A DNA stretch of 64,000 bases, from NCBI GenBank assembly GCA_963674825.1, contig OY771587.1, positions 1,568,001 to 1,632,000 of the forward strand. The letters are read 5' to 3'. Below the pieces are notes generated by a model. That model saw only the letters and a program-made list of their open reading frames with translations, was not told the DNA's origin and searched no databases. Position 1 is the stretch's first letter; the number at the start of each line of letters is the position of its first letter. This document shows positions 21,201-32,270 of the stretch, one piece after another. The stretch comes from Candidatus Cloacimonadales bacterium (GTDB taxonomy: Bacteria > Cloacimonadota > Cloacimonadia > Cloacimonadales > JAIOQZ01). The position numbers and the translations under genes are program-made.

Positions 21201-22060
21201 AAAAACGTGTTTGTATCTATTTGAATCCTTATTATACAAAACCGACGTGCATCATCGATGTGCTCAGAGAGCTGACTGATACTGCCCCCATCGAACTATA
21301 CGGGCTGAAAGAACAGAAAGATCTGCTCCCCGATTTCGTCACCACCATCACCGAAAAGGACGCGAAAAAGGTGCAGCTCGATTGGATCTTTGTGTTCGGT
21401 GGCGATGGCACCATTCTGCGTTCGGTCAATTTCTCCATCGCGACCGATACGCCGATTCTGGGTATCAACCTCGGCAGACTCGGTTTCCTTTCCGACGTCT
21501 CCCTCAGCGAACTCAAGAAATCGGTCATCCGATTGATGGAAGGTAAGTACACCATCCAGGAGAGGATGCTACTCCGGGCTATGGTACGTCGGGATGGCGC
21601 TTGCATCCATCGTGGTACGGCGCTCAATGATGTGATTGTGCACAAGGGCAAGATTCCCACATTGATCGACGTTCGGCTCAAGGTAAACCGCCGGTTCGTC
21701 CTGGAAGCTCGCTGCGACGGCATGATCGCCGCAAGCCCCACTGGATCGACCGCTTATTCGCTTTCAGCAGGTGGCCCTATTCTTTCACCGGTTATGGAAG
21801 CGATCGTGGTTGCTCCCCTGAATCCGCATGTGCTCTCTGTCAGGCCCATGCTGTTCGAGGCAAATGACAGCGTAACATTCCAGCTGTCCCGCACGCACGG
21901 TGAAAGCATGTTGCAACTCGACGGGCAGAACGTACTTGTTCTTCATAACAACGACGAAATTATGATCAGCAGGGCGGCGAAGAAAGTTCGCTTTGTGAAG
22001 CTATCGAATAAAACGTTCTATCAGATCCTGCGCAAGAAAATGCATATGGGCAGGATATGA
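21197..22060 (+). CDS. nadK: NAD(+) kinase
   Basis: GGDGT, GINLGRLGFL, ALND and SPTGSTAYSLSAGGP motifs. Confidence 0.95.
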   Translation: MKKRVCIYLNPYYTKPTCIIDVLRELTDTAPIELYGLKEQKDLLPDFVTTITEKDAKKVQLDWIFVFGGDGTILRSVNFSIATDTPILGINLGRLGFLSDVSLSELKKSVIRLMEGKYTIQERMLLRAMVRRDGACIHRGTALNDVIVHKGKIPTLIDVRLKVNRRFVLEARCDGMIAASPTGSTAYSLSAGGPILSPVMEAIVVAPLNPHVLSVRPMLFEANDSVTFQLSRTHGESMLQLDGQNVLVLHNNDEIMISRAAKKVRFVKLSNKTFYQILRKKMHMGRI

Positions 22061-22094
22061 TCGAGATATTGGACTCTACGTGTAAGAGGACGGC

Positions 22095-23774
22095 ATGATC
22101 AAATCATTGCGTATCAAAAACTTCGTACTGGTTCGGGACATGGAACTGCGCTTCGATACAGGGCTTCATGTACTCACCGGTGAGACCGGCGCTGGTAAAT
22201 CGGTTATCGCCGGTGCGATAGCCGTCATCATGGGCTCCCCCGTTCGCGCCGATATGCTCTACGACCCAGAGCAACCTGCATGGCTGGAAGCGACGTTCGA
22301 GCCCGATCCAAACGATACGGAACTCAGCGAGCTGATCAAGAAGCACGATCTCGAGCTCTCCGATGGCGAGATATTCTTCGGCAAAGAGATTTCCACCAAG
22401 CGTTCCGGCAAAAGCTTCATCAATGGCAGGCGCGTCACTGCATCAATAATCCGCGAGTTCCACGACTGCCTCATCGACTACAGCCGCCAAAGCGATCAAT
22501 CATTGCTGTTCGATACCCGTCACCAGCTCGATGTTCTCGATCGATTCGGCGAACTTATTCCCATGCGAAATTCGTATCAGGAGATCTATCGTTCAAACCA
22601 GCGCATCGAGAAAGAGCTCGATCGCATGCTGAACGAGGAGAAGCTTCAACGCGAGCGCATCGCACTCTACCGCTATCAGATCGAAGAACTGGAACAACTC
22701 GGACTTACAGAAGGTGAAGACGAGAAGCTCGAAGCAGAGCTCAACATGCTGCTACACACTGAAGAGATCGAGCGTATCTCCAATGAGATCGAGCAGGAGG
22801 TTTTCGAGACAGAAAACTCGGTGTTCGACCGCATACAATTTTATATAAAAGACCTAACCGATTTCGAGAACGATAACACCGGGATTCGCAACGCCAATAT
22901 CGCGCTTCGTGATGCGCTGGCAAACCTCGATGCCGCTGTGCAAGAGATGCGACAAGTCCGGGATTCGCTGGAAACAGATCCTGGAAGGCTCTCCGATGTG
23001 GAAGATCGCATAAACCAGATTAACCGCATCAAGCAGAAATATCATTGCGATTTGCTGGGAATTTTCGATTATCATGAGAAAATTCGACGTGAAATAAACA
23101 GCTACACGACCCACACCGACGGGATTGAGAAGCTGAAGAAAGAACTCGAGGCTAGCCTTAAAGAACGGAACAAGCAGGCCCTGGCCCTTTCAAAAGCGAG
23201 AAAGGCATGTGCGGAAGATTTCAGTCGCCAGCTCGAGAAGGATCTGAAACGCCTGGCTATTCCGGAAGCGACTTTCCGCGTCGATTTCCTGGAGCAGGAC
23301 GGACATTTCACCGATACCGGCATCGACCAGGTGGAATACCTGTTTTCAGCAAACCGCGGTGTAAAGCCGAACCCATTGCGACAGGTTGCATCCGGAGGCG
23401 AACTTTCACGCGTACATCTCACCATCATGAAGATTCTTGCAGAAAAGGATGTGGGTAAAACCATCATCTTTGACGAAGTCGATACGGGCATTGGTGGAAA
23501 AACAGGTGATGTGCTGGGAGAGTACATTAGAAACATCAGCGATTACCATCAGATAATCTGTATAACACACCTTCCTCAGGTGGCTTCATACGCAAAAAAC
23601 CATCTGGCAATCGAAAAAGTTGTTGACTCTGAACATACAGAGATCCAAATAAGAGATTTAGATGAAGTGGGCAGTATAAGGGAAATAGCGCGCATGCTGT
23701 CCGGCGATCAAAGTACCCTGGCGCTTGAACATGCGAAAGAATTACGAAGAAAAAATAAAGAGAGGAAAGGATGA
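22095..23774 (+). CDS. recN: DNA repair protein RecN
   Basis: LTGETGAGKS Walker A, coiled coil, ASGGELSR, IFDEVDTGIGG, ITHLPQVA; follows nadK. Confidence 0.95.
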   Translation: MIKSLRIKNFVLVRDMELRFDTGLHVLTGETGAGKSVIAGAIAVIMGSPVRADMLYDPEQPAWLEATFEPDPNDTELSELIKKHDLELSDGEIFFGKEISTKRSGKSFINGRRVTASIIREFHDCLIDYSRQSDQSLLFDTRHQLDVLDRFGELIPMRNSYQEIYRSNQRIEKELDRMLNEEKLQRERIALYRYQIEELEQLGLTEGEDEKLEAELNMLLHTEEIERISNEIEQEVFETENSVFDRIQFYIKDLTDFENDNTGIRNANIALRDALANLDAAVQEMRQVRDSLETDPGRLSDVEDRINQINRIKQKYHCDLLGIFDYHEKIRREINSYTTHTDGIEKLKKELEASLKERNKQALALSKARKACAEDFSRQLEKDLKRLAIPEATFRVDFLEQDGHFTDTGIDQVEYLFSANRGVKPNPLRQVASGGELSRVHLTIMKILAEKDVGKTIIFDEVDTGIGGKTGDVLGEYIRNISDYHQIICITHLPQVASYAKNHLAIEKVVDSEHTEIQIRDLDEVGSIREIARMLSGDQSTLALEHAKELRRKNKERKG

Positions 23775-24682
23775 TCAGTTTACGACGTAAATACAAAATG
23801 TATATCGTGATCGGTATCGTTTTACTATCTATTTTTATTGCTTTAAGATTTTCTAATGTTATGGATGTGTTCGGTAAAAAGGAAATCACTAATTTCAGCA
23901 AACTGGATGCCACAAAAGACTTCGAAATGAAGGAAAACTTCAAGAAGGTTCAGATTTCCTACACTGTAAAGAACTACGAAGAGTTCAGCAAACTGATGAA
24001 CGAACTCAAAAGCGAATTCGACATCGAAGAAGAGTACTACGACGACGAAAGAGGGAAATACAGCGTTTCTATCCTGAATTTCCCGGATTCAGTATCAACG
24101 GATGTTATTGCACGTTTACGTGCGATGCCGGGTAGCCGGGATTACCAGATTGAAACCCGTAAAACTCCTCCGCCACTCAACATCGAAGATCATAAGATGA
24201 ACTACGAATTTCTCAAAGAACGTCTTCAACGTAGCATGGAAATGACTACTACCGCGGACAACCTATCCCGCCTCGAAGGCAGAATGGCTAAGGTTCAGGC
24301 ATCAATTGACAGCTTGAACATGGTGGAAGAACGCTACCAGACCAACAAGGGAACCGCAACGGTTCTGATCAAAGCTCTGATCACGGAATCATCCGGTTCC
24401 AGCGTCATTCAGAAAGTTCTTTCCTTTGTAAAGAACTTCATCCTTTCGTTCATCTTCCTCACCGTGCTGTTCTTCTTGATCTACTTCGGTCTGTCTGTCA
24501 TCCTGCGCCTGATGTCCTACTTCGGAATCCGGACAACACGTTCCGGCGGATCCGGTGGCTACAACTACTACAGCAAGAAGGGCTACGGAAGCTATGGCGG
24601 ATACGGCGGTTATGGCAGCTACGGTAGAAAGCGCAAAGTCAAACGTATCTACAAGAACAAAGACGAAGATTCGAAAGAATAG
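23771..24682 (+). CDS. Membrane-anchored hypothetical protein (DUF4349-like architecture) with Gly/Tyr-rich basic tail
   Basis: N-terminal TM, central coiled coil, C-terminal TM, then GGYNYYSKKGYGSYGGYGGYGSYGRKRK. Confidence 0.6.
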   Translation: MISLRRKYKMYIVIGIVLLSIFIALRFSNVMDVFGKKEITNFSKLDATKDFEMKENFKKVQISYTVKNYEEFSKLMNELKSEFDIEEEYYDDERGKYSVSILNFPDSVSTDVIARLRAMPGSRDYQIETRKTPPPLNIEDHKMNYEFLKERLQRSMEMTTTADNLSRLEGRMAKVQASIDSLNMVEERYQTNKGTATVLIKALITESSGSSVIQKVLSFVKNFILSFIFLTVLFFLIYFGLSVILRLMSYFGIRTTRSGGSGGYNYYSKKGYGSYGGYGGYGSYGRKRKVKRIYKNKDEDSKE

Positions 24683-24690
24683 GTGAGCAA

Positions 24691-26233
<1,543 letters not shown>

Positions 26234-26261
26234 TCATCTCGATTCGAGATAGATATAATTC

Positions 26262-26308
26262 AGCTCTCATTCCCGATACTGATGGTTTCGGGGTGAGAGC
26301 TTTTTTTT
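26262..26308 (+). terminator. Rho-independent terminator after eno
   Basis: AGCTCTCATTCCCGA...TCGGGGTGAGAGCT hairpin followed by a T tract. Confidence 0.8.
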
Positions 26309-26422
26309 GATTGGAATTTGCCTTTGTCACGGTAGCTGATAATACATATATTATCTTTACACCAATGTACTCTACCGGGAAACTGGTTTTGTGCATGCCA
26401 TAATATTTTGGAGCGGTAAAAC

Positions 26423-27907
26423 ATGATTCTACTTGGAGATAAACGAACAAAAGCATTAAAGGTATTGCGACGTATCATCGTAAAGCCGCATCGAATCGAG
26501 CTGAGAATCGTTGATTATAGAGTCTCCTCTTACCTCATGTCGCTCGATAACGACTCGATTTTAGTCTCAGAGTTCGAACCGAAGATGTATAATAATTTGC
26601 TGGAGCACTTTTCAGAATTCACCATGTACCTTTCCGAGCTTATCGGCTTCGAACGTCTTGATCATACCTTTAAGACCGAGCTGATTGAAGAAACGACCTT
26701 CAAGGGCACCAAAGCTTATCGGCTCTCCGTACCGGAACTCATTGAAACGAAATCGTCCCCGTATGTCGTGAAGCCACAGCTTTCCGATAATGTCGCCATC
26801 CGCTTCCGACTCAAAGAAATGCCGCAGTTCAGAAGGGTGGAAGAGATCACCGAGGATAAACTGATTATCACCGGCAGCTACAGTCATTTCAAAGCGGAAT
26901 TTGGCAAAGAAATCACCGGCATGGAGCTCAAGCTGCCCTTCGAGCGTGTCCTTTTTACAGCAGTGTTCAATCCTCTTGGCAACGATAAATACTGTTTTCA
27001 AGAGCACATGAACGATACCGAAGTCCGAAGCCTGTTGTTCCGATATGCCGAGATGGATTTCGCGGATCGAAACAACCTGTCTCATTTCGACGTCCACAAA
27101 AAGAGCGAAGGAGACCAGGACGGCAAAGGCCAGGGACGCGATCGTAAACTTGTCCTTCTGGTTGACGACAAGCCTGTTGTAACCGAGATTGTGCGTCAGA
27201 TGCTGGAAACGAAGACCAGCTACGACGTGATCGTTACCAATGATAGCACCAAGACCATGGAGCTGGTTATCGAGCATGAACCGGACGCAATCCTTCTTGA
27301 CCAGAAGATGCCCGAAATGAGTGGCCTCGAAGTAGCGCAACTGCTCAAAGAACGCCGAATAACATCGCAAATTCCCATCATCTTCATGACCGCGTTCAAC
27401 GACATGAAAATGTTCAACGAAGCTGCGGAGATAGGTATTGCTGGATACCTGCTCAAGCCGATCGATTCCAAGAAACTCATCGCGATGCTGGACAAGGTGA
27501 TGAAATCAGCACCCAAGAAAAGCATAAACCTAGCAAATTCGGCGATCTATGTATGTTCCGACGACGAGGGCTTCAGCCGCGAACTGCAAACCTCACTTCA
27601 TGATCGAGAGATCGAAGCCCGTTGCTTCCGTAATATGGAAGATATGATCCGTGATCGCATCGATACCCCCGTCAGCACGATCATTATCCGGATGATGGGG
27701 CACGGAGGTATGTCACTATCGATCGTCAATACGACGAGAAGACGGGAGTCGCTTAAAAATGCCCATATCGTCGTGTACCCGCAGACCGAATCAGAGCAGA
27801 AACTACTCGCTGCCCTCAAAGACGACCGGTTAATTACGCTCAATCATTCGATTTCTGCCGGGAAACTCGGCGCAAATCTGGAAAAATACCTGGGAGTTAC
27901 ATCATGA
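26423..27907 (+). CDS. Response regulator: unknown N-terminal region, central REC domain, degenerate C-terminal REC-like domain
   Basis: VLLVDD...PDAILLDQKMPEMSGLE...IPIIFMTA...YLLKP canonical receiver. Confidence 0.8.
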   Translation: MILLGDKRTKALKVLRRIIVKPHRIELRIVDYRVSSYLMSLDNDSILVSEFEPKMYNNLLEHFSEFTMYLSELIGFERLDHTFKTELIEETTFKGTKAYRLSVPELIETKSSPYVVKPQLSDNVAIRFRLKEMPQFRRVEEITEDKLIITGSYSHFKAEFGKEITGMELKLPFERVLFTAVFNPLGNDKYCFQEHMNDTEVRSLLFRYAEMDFADRNNLSHFDVHKKSEGDQDGKGQGRDRKLVLLVDDKPVVTEIVRQMLETKTSYDVIVTNDSTKTMELVIEHEPDAILLDQKMPEMSGLEVAQLLKERRITSQIPIIFMTAFNDMKMFNEAAEIGIAGYLLKPIDSKKLIAMLDKVMKSAPKKSINLANSAIYVCSDDEGFSRELQTSLHDREIEARCFRNMEDMIRDRIDTPVSTIIIRMMGHGGMSLSIVNTTRRRESLKNAHIVVYPQTESEQKLLAALKDDRLITLNHSISAGKLGANLEKYLGVTS

Positions 27908-28506
27908 AATGGATCCTGCCAATTATTGTCTTCGCACTCATCCTGAGCGGCTGTGAAAGCTCTGGCGAGTTGCGCGTCAGAAACAGAACCAATAACATTG
28001 TATATTTCACGATCGATGGATCGAGCTACGAAGTGCCCGGCCAGGAATCCAAGACGGTCGATCTCTATGTCGATCGCGATTGGGAGATCTTCGAGACCAA
28101 TTCCAAGGAATACCTGCTTGAAATCGAAGGCGAAACCTTCTTGATCTGGGATGAATACAACGATATCTATATCAAAGATACTGAGGTAGTGATCGAAGAT
28201 GGTAAAACACTCGATGTCTATGCTATTGCTACACACGCATGCGTAAAAGTGGTCAACAATACAGACCAGCCTGTTATCAGCGTCACCTGTGACCGCTATG
28301 ATAACGGCCTCGCCACATCTCACGATGTCGAGCTACTTGATGCGAATATTCCGGCTGGTGAAGACTGGTTTTACAGGCTGCAACCATCCTATGAGAACCA
28401 CGATCTGTCTTACGGTTTCACCATCACAATGGATGACGGTTCATTCGATAATGCGGAAGCAACAATCCTGGAAGTGGATGACTGCTACCTGATAGAATTG
28501 GAATGA
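27904..28506 (+). CDS. Hypothetical lipoprotein with two short beta-rich domains
   Basis: Lipobox ILSGC; LRVRNRT and VKVVNNT suggest an internal duplication. Confidence 0.7.
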   Translation: MKWILPIIVFALILSGCESSGELRVRNRTNNIVYFTIDGSSYEVPGQESKTVDLYVDRDWEIFETNSKEYLLEIEGETFLIWDEYNDIYIKDTEVVIEDGKTLDVYAIATHACVKVVNNTDQPVISVTCDRYDNGLATSHDVELLDANIPAGEDWFYRLQPSYENHDLSYGFTITMDDGSFDNAEATILEVDDCYLIELE

Positions 28507-28516
28507 GAAAAGATTG

Positions 28517-28560
28517 AAAAAGAACGGGAGAGTCGCAATGACCCTCCCGTTCTTTTTTTT
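28517..28560. terminator. Bidirectional rho-independent terminator
   Basis: AAAAAGAACGGGAG...CTCCCGTTCTTTTT inverted repeat between convergent genes. Confidence 0.85.
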
Positions 28561-28570
28561 GCAGAATACT

Positions 28571-30049
28571 CTATTTGAAATGATCGAACCACGATCCGAT
28601 CATCTGCTCTTCGAATTTCACTTCATGGTTGTGCTTGAATTCGTTGATGTGGGCATCGTAGGTATAGTCTTTCGACCACTCATCGATATTATCCCCAATC
28701 TGTTTCAAGGCATCCGCGATGTAATATATCTCATCGTCGGTCATGGTGGGATGAATGGAGAAACGAATCCAACCCGGCTTCATGGAAAGGTCGCCCTGGT
28801 CGATCAGATCAGTAACCTCTTTCGAGAGCGATTTCTTGATGTAGAACAAGTAATGTCCGTAAGTTCCCGCACATGCGCAACCACCGCGAGTCTGGATACC
28901 GAAGCGATCGTTGAGCAGCTTCACCACCAAATTGTAGTGGATGTTGTCGAAGTAGAACGAGATAACGCCCACACGTTTCTTATACTGCTCCTCGAGAATG
29001 TGTAAATGCTCAATTTTCGAGAATTCCTCGAACACGATTTCAAGCAGTTCTTCTTCGCGTTTGATGATGTTTTCGATACCCATTTCCTCTTTCAGACGAA
29101 TACACATGGCAATGCGCATTGCCTGCAGGAAAGGTGGCGTACCGCCATCTTCGCGGACTTCAATATCCTCATAGTAATGTTTCTGGTTCCAGGCATTAGT
29201 CCAGGTTACGGTTCCGCCACCGGGACGGTCGGGCGCTTTGAGCGTGTAGAGCTTGGAATCAAACACCAGCACGCCTGATGAACCGGGTCCACCCAGGAAT
29301 TTGTGCGGCGAGAAGAAAATGGCGTCGAGTTTTTCTTCGGGATTTTCGGGGTGCATATCAATCTTAACGTAAGGTGCTGAGCAGGCGAAATCTGCGAAGC
29401 ACAGCCCACCGGCACGATGCATGATACCCGCTATGGCATGCACGGGCGGCTGAATACCGGTAACGTTGGAGCAGGCTGTAATCGAAGCAATTTTGTGCTT
29501 GCGATCTTTGAATTCTTCAAGCATCTCTTCCAGATGATCCAAATCGCTCAATCCGTCTTTACGGGCACGGATGATCCTCACATCGCAGATGGTTTCAAGC
29601 CACGAAGTATGGTTCGAGTGGTGCTCCATGTGTGTGATGAAGACAACCGGACGCTCTTTATTGGCAATTTTGAAGCAATCGCAGTGCTGCTCCGGGATTT
29701 TAAGTCCCAGAATTCGCTGGAACTTGACAATTGCCCCGGTCATGCCAGAGCCTTCCAGGATAATCACATCGTCCGGACCTGCATTGACGTGCTTCTTAAT
29801 GATCTTCTGGGCTAAGTGATAAGCCTTGGTCATGGAGGTTCCGGTTACGGTCGTTTCGGTGTGGGTATTGCCGATGAAAGGTCCAATTTCGTTCATCAGC
29901 CGATCTTCTATTGGCTTGTAATACCGCGCGCTGGCTGTCCAGTCGGCGTAGATAACTTCCCGGGTGCCAAATGGACTTTCGAACTTCTGGTTTCGCCCGA
30001 TCACATTACATCGATAGGGCTCGAAATACTTCTCAAGATCTCTGCTCAT
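28571..30049 (-). CDS. Class V PLP-dependent enzyme (cysteine desulfurase/selenocysteine lyase-like)
   Basis: YADWTAS, EHHSN, FSPHKFLG (PLP Lys), EDGGTP, TRGGCACAG (catalytic Cys). Confidence 0.85.
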   Translation of the reverse strand: MSRDLEKYFEPYRCNVIGRNQKFESPFGTREVIYADWTASARYYKPIEDRLMNEIGPFIGNTHTETTVTGTSMTKAYHLAQKIIKKHVNAGPDDVIILEGSGMTGAIVKFQRILGLKIPEQHCDCFKIANKERPVVFITHMEHHSNHTSWLETICDVRIIRARKDGLSDLDHLEEMLEEFKDRKHKIASITACSNVTGIQPPVHAIAGIMHRAGGLCFADFACSAPYVKIDMHPENPEEKLDAIFFSPHKFLGGPGSSGVLVFDSKLYTLKAPDRPGGGTVTWTNAWNQKHYYEDIEVREDGGTPPFLQAMRIAMCIRLKEEMGIENIIKREEELLEIVFEEFSKIEHLHILEEQYKKRVGVISFYFDNIHYNLVVKLLNDRFGIQTRGGCACAGTYGHYLFYIKKSLSKEVTDLIDQGDLSMKPGWIRFSIHPTMTDDEIYYIADALKQIGDNIDEWSKDYTYDAHINEFKHNHEVKFEEQMIGSWFDHFK

Positions 30050-30064
30050 AATTTCCTCTATTTT

Positions 30065-31432
30065 TTATGATATATAGACTGTTTTGATGTTCACAAACTC
30101 ACGGATGCCATAAAGTGCCAGCTCACGTCCATAACCGCTTTCGCCGATCCCACCGAAGGGAAGCCTCGGATCGGAACGCACGAAGCTGTTCACGAAGCAA
30201 CATCCCGCCTGAAGGCCTTTCCATGCGATCTCGCTGGCATGGTGCGTATCCTGCGAGAATACCGCCGCTCCCAGACCAAACACTGTGTCGTTGGCGATGC
30301 GTATGGCGTCGTCCTCGTTGGCGGCTGCGATAATGGCCGCGACCGGACCGAACAATTCTTCGTCGTATGCAGGCATACCTTTCGTTACGTTCGTCAGGAT
30401 TGTCGGTGGATACCATGCGCCCTCACGGTCGGGAACCTCGCCGCCTAGAATACAGGTCGCGCCTGCTTCGATACTTCGAACCACCTGATCATGCAGCTCG
30501 TCGCGAAGATTGCAGCGAGCCATAGGACCAAGGGTTGTCGTCTCGTCCATCGGATCACCCGGTTTGATCGCGCTCATCTTCTCCAGCACAAGCCGGGTGA
30601 AATCTTCCCGCACGGCCTCTACCACGATGAATCGCTTAGCCGCGATACAGCTCTGGCCAGTGTTGATCAGGCGACTGGTGACACATTGCTGCGCTGCCAG
30701 ATCCAGGTCGGCATCTTCGAGGATTACATACGGATCACTTCCCCCGAGTTCCAGAACCGTCTTTTTTATCTCGCTGCCTGCGATGGTGGCTACGGCTTTC
30801 CCAGCTTCGGTGCTACCTGTCAATGTGACGGCTCGTACCAGCGGATTAAGGATGATCTCCTCCACGCCATAGCTTCCCACCGGGATCGTGCGGAAGAGGT
30901 TTTTGGGAAATCCCGCTTCCTTAATCACCTGCTCGATGGCAAGTGCGCAACCAGTTACATTGGAAGCGTGCTTCAGAACCGCTCCATTACCGGCCATCAA
31001 CGCCGGCGCAGCAAAACGAAAAACCTGCCAGAAAGGAAAATTCCACGGCATGACTGCCAGAATCACGCCCAGCGGCTCGAAAGCCACAAAACTCTTGGTC
31101 GCCTCGGTGCGAATCTCTTCCGCAGCGAGGTAGGAGGTTGCGTTCTCTGCATAATAATCGCAGACCCAAGCGCATTTTTCTATCTCGGCGATGCTCTCTT
31201 TCACCGGCTTTCCCATCTCGCGGGACATCAACTCGCCCAGCTCGAAGCAGCGACGTCTGAGAATCGCGGAGGCTTTGATCATGTGATAGGCACGGATACC
31301 TGTCGAAGTCTCGCGCCACGCCAGAAATGCATGGTGCGCGCTTTCGATCGTCTCTTCTATCTGCTTCCCGGTAAATTCGTCGTACCGGGCAAGTTCTTCG
31401 TTGGTCGCGGGATTGATTGATATTAGAGCCAT
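30065..31432 (-). CDS. NAD(P)-dependent succinate-semialdehyde dehydrogenase-like aldehyde dehydrogenase
   Basis: MPWNFP, LTGST, LELGGSD, GQSCIA, EELFGP and PFGG..SGYGRE motifs. Confidence 0.9.
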   Translation of the reverse strand: MALISINPATNEELARYDEFTGKQIEETIESAHHAFLAWRETSTGIRAYHMIKASAILRRRCFELGELMSREMGKPVKESIAEIEKCAWVCDYYAENATSYLAAEEIRTEATKSFVAFEPLGVILAVMPWNFPFWQVFRFAAPALMAGNGAVLKHASNVTGCALAIEQVIKEAGFPKNLFRTIPVGSYGVEEIILNPLVRAVTLTGSTEAGKAVATIAGSEIKKTVLELGGSDPYVILEDADLDLAAQQCVTSRLINTGQSCIAAKRFIVVEAVREDFTRLVLEKMSAIKPGDPMDETTTLGPMARCNLRDELHDQVVRSIEAGATCILGGEVPDREGAWYPPTILTNVTKGMPAYDEELFGPVAAIIAAANEDDAIRIANDTVFGLGAAVFSQDTHHASEIAWKGLQAGCCFVNSFVRSDPRLPFGGIGESGYGRELALYGIREFVNIKTVYIS

Positions 31433-31445
31433 GGTTCCTCCGTCG

Positions 31446-32270
31446 TTACATCATTCTCATGGTGCCTTTGATAAAACCCACATCGAGCAGCATCACCATC
31501 GCGCCCTGCTTTTTATCCAGATCGCCGGTGATCTCCTCGATGCCGCTGATAATCTCGTTCGCGCGGCTTTCAGGCACCAGAGTGAGGATGGTCTTGCTGT
31601 GGTTCTTGTTTTCGCGCATAAATCCGATGAAGTCGGCAAAGATTGGGATGTTGGAAATATATTCGCCCATACCGAACGATTCGATTACGGTTGCGCCTTC
31701 GATCCCCTCCTCGATGAAAAACTCCAGGATATCGTAGAGCAGATCGTCGAAATAGAGGATGATCACGAGGGCCTTCATCTTCTCGCCTGTGGAGCTCTTG
31801 CGTTCGATCACGCGCGTATTACGGATGAAGGTCTCGACCAGCACGGTCACCGACATGCTATGCAGCAATTCCTGTTTTGCGCCGGTCTTACTCATCGTGC
31901 GGGAAATTAGCGCAAGAATCTTCAGATGCTCGTCCACCTTCTCCTGCGGTCCGAGAAGCAGGATCAGCACCTTGACTTTCTTCTTGTCCATAGCGTCGAA
32001 ATCGATTCCCTTCGGCGCGACAGCGATACAGACGAGGAACTCTTCCAGCCCTTCGATGCGCGCGTGCGGAATGGCGATTTCGTGGCCGAAACCGGTGGTT
32101 CCTTGCTTTTCGCGGTCGAGAATCTTCTGATAGATATTATGCCAGTCCGCCGATTTCAGCGCTTTGCTCTTGCAAGCAAGCTGGGCCAGTTTCTTGAGCG
32201 CTTCGTCTTTGTTTTTCGCGCTGAAATTCGTGCTGCACGCACGTTCATCGAACATCGGTAGTAGATTCAT
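31446..32270 (-). CDS. PTS EIIA (fructose/mannitol/Ntr type) fused to a PII-like domain
   Basis: REKQGTTGFGHEIAIPHA EIIA phospho-His motif; C-terminal GIEGATVIESFGMG...G.MV..LDV PII-like pattern. Confidence 0.78.
   Translation of the reverse strand: MNLLPMFDERACSTNFSAKNKDEALKKLAQLACKSKALKSADWHNIYQKILDREKQGTTGFGHEIAIPHARIEGLEEFLVCIAVAPKGIDFDAMDKKKVKVLILLLGPQEKVDEHLKILALISRTMSKTGAKQELLHSMSVTVLVETFIRNTRVIERKSSTGEKMKALVIILYFDDLLYDILEFFIEEGIEGATVIESFGMGEYISNIPIFADFIGFMRENKNHSKTILTLVPESRANEIISGIEEITGDLDKKQGAMVMLLDVGFIKGTMRMM

Noticed and set aside
26384..26398. Second sigma54 motif (TGGTTTTGTGCATGC) before the response regulator
   Set aside because: GG-N10-GC spacing is correct but the flanking match is poor, so it could be chance.
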